Shown: one piece after another, positions 40,202 to 54,920 of the stretch
How the letters are laid out: each line of letters opens with the position of its first letter
How positions within the stretch are numbered: position 1 is the first letter of the stretch
Source of the DNA: the human T2T-CHM13v2.0 reference genome, Homo sapiens
Direction: 5' to 3' (one strand)
NCBI RefSeq assembly: GCF_009914755.1
Contig: NC_060925.1
Length of the DNA stretch: 64,000 nt
The notes under the pieces: generated by a model
Database searches by the model: none
The model's input: only the letters and a program-made list of their open reading frames with translations
What the model was told of the DNA's origin: nothing
Translations under genes and position numbers: made by a program

Positions 40202-41455
40202 GTTATTTTATTCACACTTTAAAACAACTCTGCAAAGTAGTATATTTAGCCACAAGAAATTGAACCTACATTTCTCTAAGTCTCATACTCTTCCTGGTAC
40301 CTCATGCAAACATGTGTTGAATAAACAAAAAGGTGAGAGAAAGCCCTCCTCCCTCACCATCTCCCTCCTTCTCCTACCTTTCTATGGCACAACTGAAATC
40401 TCCACTTCTCACTTCACTTGCCCATTTTCAGGAAACACAATGAGCAAAATCCACACATATTAATCATTTTCCATGCTACTTTTATATAACTTATATGCAA
40501 CCCAAGAAGAAAAAGTTATATCATTTGGAGTTTGGGAGCAGAGACAGTTGGATTTAAGAACCATCTCTGAGTCACCTGAAGCATCCCTGCAGTGTGAAAA
40601 AAGCCTAAGGCAGAGACCGGAATCAGATACCTCCATTACTTTGAACTCACCCGGAGATGATGAGGGCAGATCCAAGGTTAAGGTGACAGATATTCCCGTA
40701 CCGCAGTCTTGCCCATTTATATCCAAGACCCTCCACCTCTGAGGTACCCTGTTGAATGACTCACTCCTGGCTAGGTTTGTGGCTCAAAAAATATTGGGTA
40801 GAGATTGCGCTCACTCTGGCTCCTGTTCCACAATGATCTCACTCCAGCTCCTGGTCCATAATGATGAGGTTCTGCCTGAATTATAGCCTATAGCAGATTT
40901 TCAGTTACTTCTTTCAGAAAAATGGACTTTTATCTTCCTTATACTTCAAATTTTATCTCCAGGTAAATATCACTTTTTCTCTAATACATTTTTATTTCAT
41001 GAATATGATGGATGAAAACAGGAGCCAATGTTTTAATTGCTCTAATAAAATGAATCATCTCTTTCATTCTCGTTTTACTCCTTGCAAAGACTTTTTAAAA
41101 AATCTGTAAGTGCATTTCTGAGAGTTCTTAAATGTAAGCATATCTCTGAGCTTGCTAACTACATTTTCCATAGTAGGTTATTTAAAATGTATCTTTAAAG
41201 TAGATTACATGTCTCAGGGGACTGGTAATGGGCTATAGAGTCACTCACTTTGAAGCCACCAGTTCAAATTTTGTCTAGACATTAAGCAGCGAAAAAAATT
41301 CATTTCAACTGACAATTGTTTGGCTTACTTTTGTGGAAGATGAGTTAGTAGCTCCTCTCCAGTCCCAGGTATGCATTTTACAAATACCAACCATCATCTT
41401 GGAGACATTAAAGGAGACCCTCCCAGTGATGGGGCACCCGGAAGGGGTGTTGTCT

Positions 41456-41933
<478 letters not shown>

Positions 41934-42169
41934 CCGTCCAACAACTTCTAAATTTGCCTACAACCCTCAGTGATCCTGCTCTTGCTGTGCAGATTTCTGC
42001 ACACAGATGAGAGCACCTTCATAAGCCAGCTTTGCTGTTTACTGTGATGAAACAGAAGATGGCATTCGTCTTCAGGGATGTCACTCTGGAAGCTTTTAGG
42101 AACACTAGCCTGCACTTAAAGATCAAAGACGACTGAGATGACTCTTCTGAAATAGAACCTTTCCTCAGG

Positions 42170-42822
42170 ACTCAGGAGACCAAAGGCCATTCTTGACCCC
42201 TGCCCCTCCTTCATCTCTTGCATCCAATACATATGCATGCCCTGTTCTTCTATTCTCTTTATATACCCTGAATTCATCACTTATTTGCATTATCACCACC
42301 TTAGGGAAGGCCACTGTCATCTCTCACCCTGATGACTGAAACAACTTCCTCACTGTCCGTTGCCTACCTGTGGTTTTCCTCCATTCATTCTCCATGATAC
42401 TACCAGAGTGTCTCTCCAAAATGTCACTCCTCTGCTTAAAACCCTTCAGTGGCTCTCCATTGCCTTCAGGATGAGGTCCCTAATCCTTAGCTTAGCCAAT
42501 AAGATTTTTAGGATTTCACCCCTGTGGGCTCCTTCATTGTCATTCCTGTAAGAAGCATGCTTCCAATGGCTAGGCATGAATTGCCACTTTCTACCGCTTC
42601 CCTAGTTACTGTTAAATGATCCTTCTTGACTCAACCTAGCTGTCATTTCTTCCAGAGGGTATCCTGATCCTTCCAAATTCTAGGTTGGGTGTTATTCTTA
42701 TAGCCCTATCATTTCACTTTCCACCTATACTAGAATCTCCTTCAGGCAGAATCTGAATCTTATTCACTGTCAAGTCCCTGGTTAGTAATATCTAGATTGT
42801 AATAATATGAATAAATAAATGA
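42170..42822 (+). mobile_element. L2
   Basis: atgtcactcctctgcttaaaacccttcagtggctctccattgcc. Confidence 0.88.
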
Positions 42823-43269
42823 GGTCAGAATTTTAAGAATTGCTTACACCATTTCCTCTATCTCCTGACTACATTTTGTCCTATTCTTTTTGTTCTATCA
42901 TAAACCAACTTGTGTCCTGATCCCATTCTAGTGTTTTCTTTCTTGCCATTCACTCCTATGCACATAAAGAACAGGACAGCAGAAATGAAGAGTGAGCTGT
43001 AATCTCCACTCAATTCCAGGATTCAAAATGTGGGTTACAAAGGAAAATCAAGTAATAACCTTTGTAGAAGGGCTTTTATTAACAAAAAAAAAATTAAGGG
43101 CAGTTTATCCCCTTGCTAAAAGAGTTTTAGGCATGATCCTACCTGAAGATAATGAAATAGATTGGATCAGTGATTGCTATAAACAAATCTGAGTGCAGAT
43201 TTAAAATGAGGGGGAATAGTCTAGGATAATTTCTTTCATGACTGTGTCTCTGCTTCTTTGGACTTTACA

Positions 43270-43640
43270 GAGAAGGCAAAGAGGAAAAAGAGGAGGAAGA
43301 GTTAGATAAGATGATATGCTATATTTTAAAAGGAGAGTATAAAAAGTGTACATGCAGAGGACTGGAAGTAGAAATGGTAAGTACTAAAGGAAAACAAGGA
43401 ATGGAAATGGGAAAAATGGATAGGGTAAGGGGATGAGAGGAGGAAAAACAGAGAAGAAGATAGGTAACAGTATAGATAAATCAGAGGAGAAAAAAAGTGA
43501 AAAATAACAGGCAAAAAGAAGGAAAGGGAGAAATGGAATATAGTAATTTATGCATACTGGGGGCCTTATTTTGAAAGTTAAATAAGTAAATGAATAAGTT
43601 AAGGTGAGAAATAAAGGTGAGAAAGAGTCAAGGAGTAGCC
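43270..43640. repeat. Purine-rich low-complexity tract
   Basis: Strong A/G excess on the + strand with no regular unit. Confidence 0.6.
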
Positions 43641-43801
43641 AAAAAAGGTAAAAATATTTACAATCTGATTCTAGTCTACCACGTTGTATATTCATAATAC
43701 TGTATGCATTATACTCAAAAAGTGCTGAGTCCTCCCCTAATCCTGTCAATGGAGAGCAAAACACTATTATAGCAATATGAAGAATAATCTGAATGCTAAT
43801 A

Positions 43802-43910
43802 TCATTCATTCATTCATTCAGCCAATATTCACTAAACACTCTCAGTGGGCCAGCAGACACTACATTAGGTGTTAAGAATTTGACTGTAAGACACACAACC
43901 TATGGCCCCA
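43802..43910 (-). mobile_element. L2 3' end
   Basis: (CATT)4 followed by aatattcactaaacac. Confidence 0.65.
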
Positions 43911-46399
43911 ATGAGACTGCAAAAGAAAGCATTAAATATCTTTTGCAAGTTGGAAAGAATCTTTTACTTTATATTGCACAGGCTACATAATCTGTGAAAA
44001 AAAATCAAAATCAAAAGTAATAGTATGTCTTGGCCAAAAGCCACAGGAAACGGGCATTTTTCTCAATAGAATTAGATGACATTATGACATGTGCCCATTT
44101 AGAATGGAACTGCAAATCATAAAAATGCCAAAAACGTGGAGAAGAAAAACATTAAAGGAGCTAACAGTAGAATATTAAAGACAGACATAATTAAAGAGAG
44201 AAAGGCATAATAAATACAGGGTACTTTAAATTCTCTTTGTCATAGGGCTGTACTGCAGTTTGACTCCCAGTCCCATTAAAGTCATTCTAAATTGATTCCC
44301 TCGGTATAATGAGCCCCTCTTGATAACACCAAAACACTTGGCCTCTCAAGAGCTCCTTAAAGACAACCCTGCAGAACATGCCGCTAGCAGGATATTCCTG
44401 CAAGGAACTAGCAGCCACTTCATTTAGCAGCCTGTCATGCAGTGAAACAGACCAATGTCTGGCTTTTCCTCCCCAGATGTACAGAAAAAGAATGAACAGC
44501 TTCCCTTTGCCCATGAGGGAGGCCTTTAAGGTACATATTGCAGGAACATGGTTCTACTGAGTCCCCAACCTTTGATGTTTCCTGGTTATGACTGTCTTAG
44601 ACTTTGAGTTGTTACATTATAGATTTTCTGTAACAAAGTCTCTTTACTATTTTACATTTGGGCTACAAATTTTAGCTTCCTACTTAATTTGCATAAAGAG
44701 AGAATTTACAAAATTTCCCACTGAGGTCATCTTTCCTAAATACTTTTGCTATTCTATACGGAAAAGCGTTTAAAATAGGGACAGAGGATTCCAAATACAT
44801 TTTATAATGAACACTATTCTCTTCCACCATACAATGCTAGCAAATATAAGGAACAGACAAGTCACTGGGACATCCAAGGAACCCAAATTATTACATTACC
44901 ATTTTCCTGGACCCCATTAACCTTGAGAGAACTGTAAAGGTCATTAGTTTGCATGGCTAAATCGCTTTCAGCAATTTCTGTAAAAATGTACAAACAATAA
45001 CTCTTTCACCCATGCTCAGGAATTTTTTTTCTTCCCTTTTTTAACTGTGAAAGATATTTGCATGAAAACAGGATCTTTGTTTCCTAAGGATTGATCCACT
45101 TGCTACTTACTACTGCTTCTTCTGCACCTTGGTGACATCATAGCTCTGGCTAAGGAGCTAATTTTAAAATCACAAAGGATTGTGATTTCAAGTAGAAGCA
45201 GCTAACCTCTTGTGAAACAAAGACCCTGTTTTCAAGCCATTGTTTCTGATAATAAAATGCAAGAAACACTAAACACCTAAAATGTCAAATAGATGTTTTA
45301 TCTGAAAATAGATATTAACATTGTCTATGATTCTCTACTTCTTAAAGCTCCAGGAAAAAATTAGACAAATAGACAAAAGAAACTAAAAATGAAATTTTGA
45401 ATGTTAACAACATTCTTTCTCTACACCTTTGCCAGTGTTGTTTGCCTACAAACATTGGACAATCATATTATCATTGTATTATACCATCCTCATTTCATGG
45501 AGTGATAGCAATCTAAAAATAGGCTTTGAAGATGGCATGATGGCATATTTTATCTAGACATTACTTCTTTTTTGCAAATATAAATCCACTTATAATATTG
45601 TTATCATTTAATTATCCCTACATAATTTAGCATTTTGCTTACATTTTGTTATTTCTGTTATCACAATTAAGAACTGGTTTTCAGTGATTTTAATCTCAGC
45701 AATGTGCATATATGAGGATAACCCTAATTGCTATTTATAAGAGATAATTAGAAATATTCCTTCACACAGCGTGAAATAAAATTCTATATCTCATAAATTC
45801 CAAGGTATTGGACAAGTAAGAAGAATATAAATGGATTTATAACACATTTCAACAAATTTATACAATTTATAAAATCTTATGACAAAATTATAAATGGCCA
45901 TTGAGAGCACCTAGGTGATGTCCACCCTTTGAATGAGATTTCAGAAAAGATAATGAAACATGGACATTCACATTTGCGTGGTTCATATAACCCATGAACC
46001 ATAGGCTGGAGTTAGTGTGCCACTTCTACTGCATACTACTGAGGTAATCACACACAGCATGGTCCTATTTCTTGTGATTATTTGTGACTCTCCTGGGCAT
46101 GAGTACAATAATATGTCAGAAAAGAGAATGCTGTGGATCAGTGGCTTGGGTGAACTATTTAGTTTTGCCCTCTCTGGACCACAGACTGCATGCCCAGCCC
46201 CAATTACCTGAATCTGTATGCCCAGTTCTTGTGTTAAAGGAGGACTAGGGGAAGACAAGAGCTGAAACTGGGTTCACATCTTATCATTATTTTTACAAAG
46301 CCAACTCACATGCACCTGCCACAGTGGCAGCACAGTCTAGGTGTATGTAAAGATATTGTTGTTATGGGTACTATCCATAAGGATACTTAAATCAAAAGA

Positions 46400-46625
46400 G
46401 CCACTCTTTATCAAGCACATACATGCTAGGAACTGTGCTCAATACATTACATACATTATCTCATATTTACAAAATATTTTCAAGGTATTTTTTCTCTGTT
46501 ATGGAGAGGATGTGATTGAGACTTGGAGGAGTTAATCAGACCAACTTTACACAGCTGCTATGGATACACTGGGATTCAAGCCCATCCCAGGTCTATCGGA
46601 CTCCAAATTTCTCATTTTTCTTCCT
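46400..46625 (-). mobile_element. MIR
   Basis: ctgtgctcaatacattacatacattatctcat...cacagct...ctgggattcaagccc. Confidence 0.8.
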
Positions 46626-47234
46626 AGTTCAAGAGGTATGTGACATGGATTTAAAAAACTAAAAAAGATCCAGTATTTTACCAACACCCTGGCTGAAAAA
46701 TCTGTAGATTCGCTTGTTCGTTCAGCAAACATTGGTTGAGTAGTTACTCTGTGATGATTCATAGTTTGTGAGAAGAAATGTATTTTTGTTTTTGTTTTTG
46801 TTTTTGCTTTTTAAAAAAGGGTGGTTTAGAATCTCAGATTGATTCTGAGATAAACTGATAAGCCTCCTTCTTAGCTTCTGTGTTCTGACCATGGCAAACC
46901 ACTCAACCCTTGCATCTTCAATGTGAAAAGATTAGACATGACTATTCCCATGTTTGTTTCTAAAAGGGGAAACTCTTTATGCTTCTGTTCCAATTCTCAA
47001 ACAGTATCTACTATTATTCTGTAGCAGATACACCAGTATCAAGCTATTGTTAATTAATAAGCATTCCATGGAAATGTGGGCTAAACAGTGACTTCATTAA
47101 AAGAGCATAATCTATTTCATACATCTTTGCTTATCCCCAAGATTTTTTACATGTAAAATGTACTAAGTGGAGTGCTATGTTTTCATCTGAATGCTGCTTA
47201 ATGCTTGCCTTATTATACGTAAGCGAACAGTTAT

Positions 47235-47672
47235 TGTATTAGTTTGCTAGGGCTGCCATAATAAAGTACCACAAACCAGTGGCTTAAAAAACAGAAATTT
47301 GTCTCACAGTTCTGGAGGCTAGAAGTCTGAAATCAAGATGTCAGCAGGGTTGATTCCTTTGGTAGGCTATGACGGAGACTCTGTTCCATGAATCTGTGCT
47401 AGCTTTTAGCAGCTTGCCAGCGATCTTTGGAGTTCCTTGGCTTATGGCAGCATAATTCCAATCTTTATGTGGCATTCTCCCCTTGTCCCTGTGTCCAAAT
47501 TGTCTCCTTTTATAAGGACATAAGATATATTGAACTAGGGCCCAATCAAATGATTTCATCTTAACTTGATCTTCTGCAAAGACCCTACTTCCGTAAAAGG
47601 CTATATTGTAAGGTATAGGGAGGTGGTCAGGACTTCAACATCTTTTGGGGATACACAATTCAACCCACAACG
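47235..47672 (-). mobile_element. MLT1C-like MaLR solo LTR
   Basis: tgtattagtttgctagggctgccataataaagtaccacaaac...cacaattcaacccacaac. TSD gttat/gtgat. Confidence 0.92.
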
Positions 47673-48491
47673 GTGATCCTATATAAAGCTTGATTTCTTT
47701 AGATGTTTCATAAATTTTAAGCTCAGATGTCTCCTTGTTGCACTAACTCCAAGTGAAGGACCGTGTAGCAACATCGTCACTGGAAACCCACAGAAAAAAG
47801 ACAAGACACAGCTTCATGTTAGAAAGGGCAGGCATTCAGCAAAGCATTGGTCCCATGCAGCAAGGGCCTATGCACTCTGTTTGTGTTCCATAGACTTCCA
47901 TGCCAATTGAAACTCCAGCTATCCACACTATGCACATGTTAAAGACAGATACACTTTTCCATTCAATCAGGGACAATGCCGTTCACTGGCACCAAAATGA
48001 ACCATGCTGTCATGTAGGATGGTGGCCTCAATGAGATACATCTTGATTTAATGGAGAAATAAAAGTGATATAAGATCATAAGCTAAGACCATCATAAAGT
48101 GCATGCAAGCACCCTATACTTTAATACTCCCAAGCTGCTTTTTAACTCTGAGTGAAACAATTTGTCTAATGTCTACAGAAATGGTTCAACTAATTTCTTC
48201 CTTTAAGTAATATCAACCTGTCTACTATAATACACCTTAGTGGAAGCCGCCTTCTTTTCTTCGGTTCTTTTTTTTATGCTGGAACTCTGTAAAGATATAG
48301 GAATGGACACAGTGCTTATTTCTGAATGACAGGAACTCTCCCACAGAAATAAAGCAAATCCACACTTGATTACCGTCTTTACAGACCCTTTGCAAGCACC
48401 AGAGTCTGAAAATGAGTCACGTGGATGATACCAAACTGCCTTGGGCAGTAAAAAGCAGCCGCAGCTTTTCCCTACTCTTCCATTAATAATT

Positions 48492-48920
48492 CCTTCATTC
48501 AATCACACACAATTTTTGAACACATATTCTGTCTCATGTTCACTGTTTTAGGTTTAAATAGGGTAGTGGATATAGACCTCATTGAAAATGTAACACTTGA
48601 GAAAAGACTTAAATTACAAAAGGCGTTGATCATGAAATATATATAAAGAATATTTCAAGTAGAGGAAACAGCCAATGCAAAAACCCTAAGATAACGGCAA
48701 GTCTGGTAAGCTCAAGGAATAGCAAAGAGGCCAAGGTGGCTGGGGCAGAGACAATGAGAGGAGAGGAGTTAGAGTGGAGGTCAGGGAGGAGGTAGGGGCC
48801 GGTTCACATAAGGCTTTCTTGGATACTACAAAGACTTTGACTTTTACTGAAGGAAATGGAGAACCATACCAGCATTTTGAACAGAGAGAATGACCAGACT
48901 TTTGTTTTAAAATCTCTTTA
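48492..48920 (-). mobile_element. L2a
   Basis: agaggaaacagccaatgcaaaaaccct...aaggaatagcaaagaggcca...gactttgacttttact. Confidence 0.85.
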
Positions 48921-49049
48921 CCTTAAAAGTCATTTGTACATCAAAAGTGAAAGGCCAAGAATTGATAGCTTAAGCCAGTTCAGCACATGGAAATGGACCT
49001 TCACAATCCCAGCTCAAATCTCCAACTGCTAATAAGTTTGGCACCATTA

Positions 49050-49445
<396 letters not shown>

Positions 49446-49563
49446 TTAGGGCAGATCCGTCCCTAAAGTTATATGGGCTTAGATTTTATTCCCTACTCAT
49501 TAAAATTAAGGAGTTGATTCTGACAGTTATCTATAAAATTACACATATACAGTATATTAATAC

Positions 49564-50068
49564 TGTAGGAGTCAGCCTTCATGGTCATCTAGGATGATCT
49601 TTGCCCCTGATATTCACATCTTTACAGTGAATAAACAGTAAATCACAGCTGGCCAGTATGACCAATACAATATGGCAGAAGTGATGGTGTGTGACTTTCA
49701 AGGCTAGGTCATAAAAGGCATTATAGCTTTTACCTTGTTCTCTTGAATCACTTGCTCTAGGAGAAACAGCCATTGTGCCATAAGGAGAGGGACACATGGA
49801 GAGGAACCAATTTGCCAGCCATATGAGCAAGTCACCTTGGAAGTGGAACCTCCAGCCCCACGCAGGCTTTCATTTGACTGCAGCTCCAGCCAACAACTGG
49901 TGACTGCAACCCCCTGGTGACATGCAGCCCCATGAGTGACCATGAGCCAGAATTGCCCAACCAAGCTGCTTCTAAATTTCCAATCAACAGAAATCATGAT
50001 AAATAAAGTCCTCAGTATTATTTTAAGCCATGAAAGCTTTTGTTACTCAAGCGCAGATAACTGTTATA
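49564..50068 (+). mobile_element. MLT1F-like MaLR solo LTR
   Basis: atggcagaagtgatggtgtgtgactttcaaggctaggtcataaaagg...ttttaagcca...agataactg. Confidence 0.88.
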
Positions 50069-50261
50069 TTCCAAATAATCTGTACAGTGATCATCAGTTA
50101 GCTACTGTTCAAAACATTTACTTTTGTGAGATATGCTTTTGAATTTCTGAACTCAACTAAACATTTAGTAATAAGATCACAGCCAGATAAAACTACATCA
50201 GGAAGTTGCAAAAAAAAATCTTTCATTTGACTGATATTACATTGAAAAAGTACTGGTTTGA

Positions 50262-50480
50262 AGTGATATAATGTTGGAGAAAGCATGGACTTTGAAGTCA
50301 GAAAAAAGTGGATATGAATAATGGCCATACTTAATAGCTTGAGCAAATTACTTAAACTAATCAAGCCTCAGTTTCTCAACCTATAAAACAGGGAAAATAA
50401 TACTTAGCTTACACTGTTGAGAAAATTAAGTGAGATAATATGAAAAAATAATTTTATTCAATAAACATTAGTTTCCCTTT
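50262..50480 (+). mobile_element. MIR
   Basis: agcatggactttgaagtcaga...agcctcagtttctcaacctataaaac. Confidence 0.88.
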
Positions 50481-50578
50481 TCTTAAAATGAATCTGGGCC
50501 ACGTTTGTTTTGTAAAGACAAATACTCTAAAAATAATAATTTAATGTATTATGTAAGCTTTATTTGCTTGTCTCATGG

Positions 50579-50700
50579 CTAATATTAATACTAATATTAG
50601 GCTTGAAATATTAGTATTAATACTAATTAATATTAATTAATATTAATTAGTATTAATATTAATTAATATTAATATTAATACTAACATAAGGCCTAATATT
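50579..50700. repeat. Nested AT-rich palindromic repeat
   Basis: Perfect 44-bp palindrome at 50615-50658 plus overlapping inverted repeats. Confidence 0.93.
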
Positions 50701-51307
50701 GAGCTAACCAAACTCAAGAGTATTTACAATCAGTAATTCATTTGTTATTGGCCACTGAAATGGCATTTACATTTTGGAAACAGGAAATAACTAAATAAAC
50801 ACATTGCCCAATCAGATTACCCATAATATTTGTGTGACTTCTAAGACTAGGTCAGATATGAGACTTATTTTCAGTCTGTTGTTTTTCATCATAAATGTAA
50901 TTTCAATGTCCAGATGACATATGGGTACATACATGGATGGACCAAAAAAATAAAAAAAAAAGAAGTCATCATTAATTCAATAGCACAATTAACTGAGTTT
51001 GTGACCTCAAATTTGGAAATATGGTTTGATTCACAATGAATATTCATAATTATCTTATTAATCATAATCTCATAAATAAATAACATACTGTCTTATGGGG
51101 TAAAGGGGAGCGAGAAGTTACCAGAATCTTGATCCCAATATCTACAATATTCACCAATGCATAGACTGTGTTATTAAACAATGTTTACATTTCTACAACG
51201 TAAAATTGACAGACGATGAAGTATATTTTCCCAGTTCTTTTACTTATCCTGTCTGTTTTCACAAGTTTTAGAGAGGACTTTAAAAGAAAGAAGAATGGAT
51301 TACTGAC

Positions 51308-51658
51308 TGATATGGTTTGGCTGTGTCCCCACCCAAATCTCACCTTGAATTGTAATAATATCCAGGTGTCAAGGGCAGGGCCAGGTGGAGATAATTGAAT
51401 CATGGGGATGGTTTCCCCAAAACTGTTCTAGTGGTAGTGAATAAGTCTCAGGAGAGCTGATGGTTTTATAAATGGGAGTTCCCCTGCACAAGCTCTTTTG
51501 CCTACCACCATGTAAGACATGCCCTTGCTTCTCCTTTGCCTTCTGCCATGATTGAGGCCTCCCCAGCCGTGTAGTACTGTCAGTCCATTAAATCTCTTTC
51601 CCTTATAAATTACCCAATATCCAGTATGTCTTTATTAGCGTGAAAACTAACTAATATA
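51308..51658 (+). mobile_element. THE1B-like MaLR solo LTR
   Basis: tgatatggtttggctgtgtccccacccaaatctcaccttgaattg...actaatata with a perfect 5-bp TSD ctgac. Confidence 0.96.
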
Positions 51659-53117
51659 CTGACCAACAATGAAGTAAACAGTACCCAACCCAAGGTTCCC
51701 CCCAAATATGGTAAGCCATGGGCATATAATCTAATTATTTGAAAGAAAACAGATTGTGCTGGTTAAGAAATTAATCTGTATAACTATATCAATCAATTAA
51801 TTTATTCTGAAAATATGTATTCTCATGAATGATGCTGCTTGACACATTATATATATAGTGCCTGTGAAATGAGAATGATATTATTTTGGAATCTAGCTGC
51901 CATGATAAATGGTATATCACTTTGAAATCACGGGACTAAAAATAGTAAAAGGGACTTTGGACTTTTTACTACCAAGGACACTTGATACCTTTTAGTGGTT
52001 TCCCCCATGAGTCATATTGTTTTGTTTTTGACAATCAAACTGCATTTAGTTAGTAATAATGGTTCTACTCTTATTAATAAAAAGCTATTTATTGCCGATC
52101 AGAATTTGTGATTTGCACAAGATAACTCAGTGTTGTCAAAAAGGGAGAGGTGAGTTTATATCAGCCAAACCAAGACCAAAACCAAAGAGATGTCTTAGTT
52201 AGCTTGTGTATATTGTGATTTTATGTCTTATTTTCATTAGACTTTTTTAAATACTGAAAGTGAGTCATTCCCCTATTACTTCCTCCAAGGATTCTAAATG
52301 AGAAGAACTATTCAGGTCCAACCACCTCCTTTGAAGGACAATCATGACCAGAGCGGTAGATGATTAGTCCAAGCACACAGCTAAATAGTGGCATAAGCTG
52401 GACAGTAAATTACATATTAAAACAAAGACTGGTGCCTTTTCTCCACTGTGCTAAAATGATTGGAGGTTTGCCCATGACAACTACCAGCTCAATAAGCCAA
52501 ATCAATAAAAATTTCAATCACAACTGTTGCTTGGCATACACAGATAAGCCCTCTAAAAGAACAGGGAACTCTTAGACACTTAGGATAATGCTAAACAGAT
52601 AGGACAACTAATAGAAGGACTTGTTATGTAATGTTCTCCCTCTCAAAGTGTCAGAGTCAACCAAAGAGGTAGTTCTGCTGTTTATTGTGTTTTAACTCCA
52701 AAGATAACCTCACATTTACAATACCATAAATTCTCCCTAACAATGTTGTATAATAACATTAGAACTGGTTCTTAAATGGTTCTTCTGACCATTAGGAAAA
52801 AAATTTTTAATAGTAGGTCTAAAACCATAGCTTTCTATGTCAAAATTCTCTCTTCTTTTTTTCTAAGCATTTTAAAGTCAAGTAGCCTATACAAATTTAT
52901 AGGAAAAGTGCTTTCGCTTACTTTTAATGTGTCAACTTCAGAGCCAGTCTTCATTACTATGTTAATCACTGTGGTCTTTATTAATGGATATTTTATCCCA
53001 ACTATGTAACAACTTACTTACAGTAGAACAATAACTAATAATTAGGGACAGAATTGGTTCACTCTTAAAACCTAGAGACTAATGATTAACTAACACAACT
53101 GAGTCCAGTTTGAATTG

Positions 53118-53175
53118 GAATGGCTTTGAACTCATAGAATGGCTTTGAACTCATAGAATTTGAACTTATAGAATG
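53118..53175. repeat. 19-bp tandem repeat (2 perfect copies and 1 deleted copy)
   Basis: gaatggctttgaactcata twice, then gaatttgaacttata. Confidence 0.93.
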
Positions 53176-53590
53176 AGTCCTTTTGGCTTATTATCAGACT
53201 TCTTGTGTATTCTACAATACAGTGTAGAAAAATAAACATACACTCAATGTTCAACATAAGTTATGCTAAGAATGAATTTATAAATCACTTAAAAATGTTA
53301 AAAAGTAAAATGTAACTGAATAATATGATGATTAGGTAATATAAAGACCCATAGTCTTTATTTAATATTATTGGTGTTAGGCTTATCTGAGTAATCAACA
53401 TATACAACTTTAATTCTACAAATAACACCATCAATAATTTGGATTAGTAATCTTAAGTTATGTCTATATAGTAGTACACAATATACTACAATATACATAT
53501 AACTTCAATAAGTCTCACAGGCTGTGTGGAGCCAACATTGCACTACAGTTACGTTGGAACTGGCTTAATAACAAAGATTAATTTTAACTA

Positions 53591-53948
53591 TAGGTTGAGT
53601 ATCCCTTATCCAAAATGCCTGGGACCAGAAGTGTTTTCGATTTTGGATGTTTTTGAATTTGGAAATATTTGCATATACATAGTGAGATATCGTGAGAATG
53701 GGACTCAAGTCTAAACACAAAATTCATTTATGTTTCTAATATACCTTATATGCACGGCCTAAAGGTAATTTTATACAATATTTTAAATTATTTTGCAAGA
53801 AACAAAGTTTTAACTGTGCTTTGACTGAAACCCATTACATGAGGTCAGGTGTAAATTTTCCACTTGTGGTGTCATGTTGGCCCTCAAAATGTTTCAGATT
53901 TTGGAGCATTTTGGATTTGGGATTTTCAGATTAGGCATGCTCCCCCTG
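53591..53948 (-). mobile_element. Tigger4b (Zombi) MITE
   Basis: Terminal inverted repeats aggttgagtatcccttatc / gattaggcatgctccccctg with a TA TSD. Confidence 0.92.
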
Positions 53949-54834
53949 TATTTAGTAAACTGAACTGTGGTCAAAGTAATTTTTTAACTGCTGTGCTGTT
54001 TTATTTATTGCCATCAGCGATAAAGGCTAGCTTCCCCATAAGTACTTTATAAATCATATCACCAGTTTAAGGCTTATAAAAACTATTTTAATTCTATGTG
54101 ATTTAATGCTTTCAATAATCCATCAGGATTTTTCTTTAGATCTTTAAAAGGACTGTAATGAGTTCAGAGATGATAGAGATTAAATTTACAGGATACTCAC
54201 AATGAGAGCAAAAGGAATATTTCATCACCCCATATACATGTACATACAGCATTCTAATGTAGTAGATTGTTTTACTATCCCAAAGCATTAAGATGTGAAT
54301 GTGACTTCTCAATTTTCCTGAAAATTATGTGGGTCAAGGGGGAGAGGGCCAGTGCCAACACCATCACCATATGGTTCCAGGCTAAAATTTTAAAATATTT
54401 TCCCATACTTCTATGTTATTGCTAACTCAACAATTTTAGTCTCTTCTTCCAAAGGGGGGAAAAGGGGAAGGAAAGAAACACTAAGTCAATGACATTTTCA
54501 TAACAAACTTTGAAACACTGTTATGGTGCTGTTGGATAATTCAAGGACATTATCCTCACCCTCAGCTCAATGTCTAAAAATACTTGCAACGATTATTGTC
54601 AAAAACCATTTATGACTTTCTTTGGAGGATAAGAGAATAATAAACTTCAGTCTTGTAAATATCATTATCAGAACAGTCTCCATAAAATTCTTCTCCTTCC
54701 TTTCTTATTCTTAAGCTATTTATTTTGATGAAACTGAGCTTTCTAAACCTATCAAAGAAGATTTTACTTGGACCGACTGACTTCCTTCCTCCTTCCATCT
54801 TTTCTTCCTCCCTTCCCTCTTTTCTTCTGATGCT

Positions 54835-54920
54835 TATTCACTATATATGGACTAAGCATTTACTATATGCCAAACACTGTTCTAGGTGCTAGACAGTCAA
54901 AGGCAAATAAGGGGGGAAAA
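54835..54920 (-). mobile_element. L2 3' fragment
   Basis: agcatttactatatgccaaacactgttctaggtgct. Confidence 0.7.

Noticed and set aside
44461-44536. 54-nt plus-strand exon-like unit
   Set aside because: Weak donor (GTACAT). It shows that exon-like patterns arise on both strands by chance.
51558-51570. PRDM9 hotspot motif in the THE1B LTR
   Set aside because: The sequence is CCTCCCCAGCCGT, not the active CCTCCCTAGCCAC / CCNCCNTNNCCNC form.
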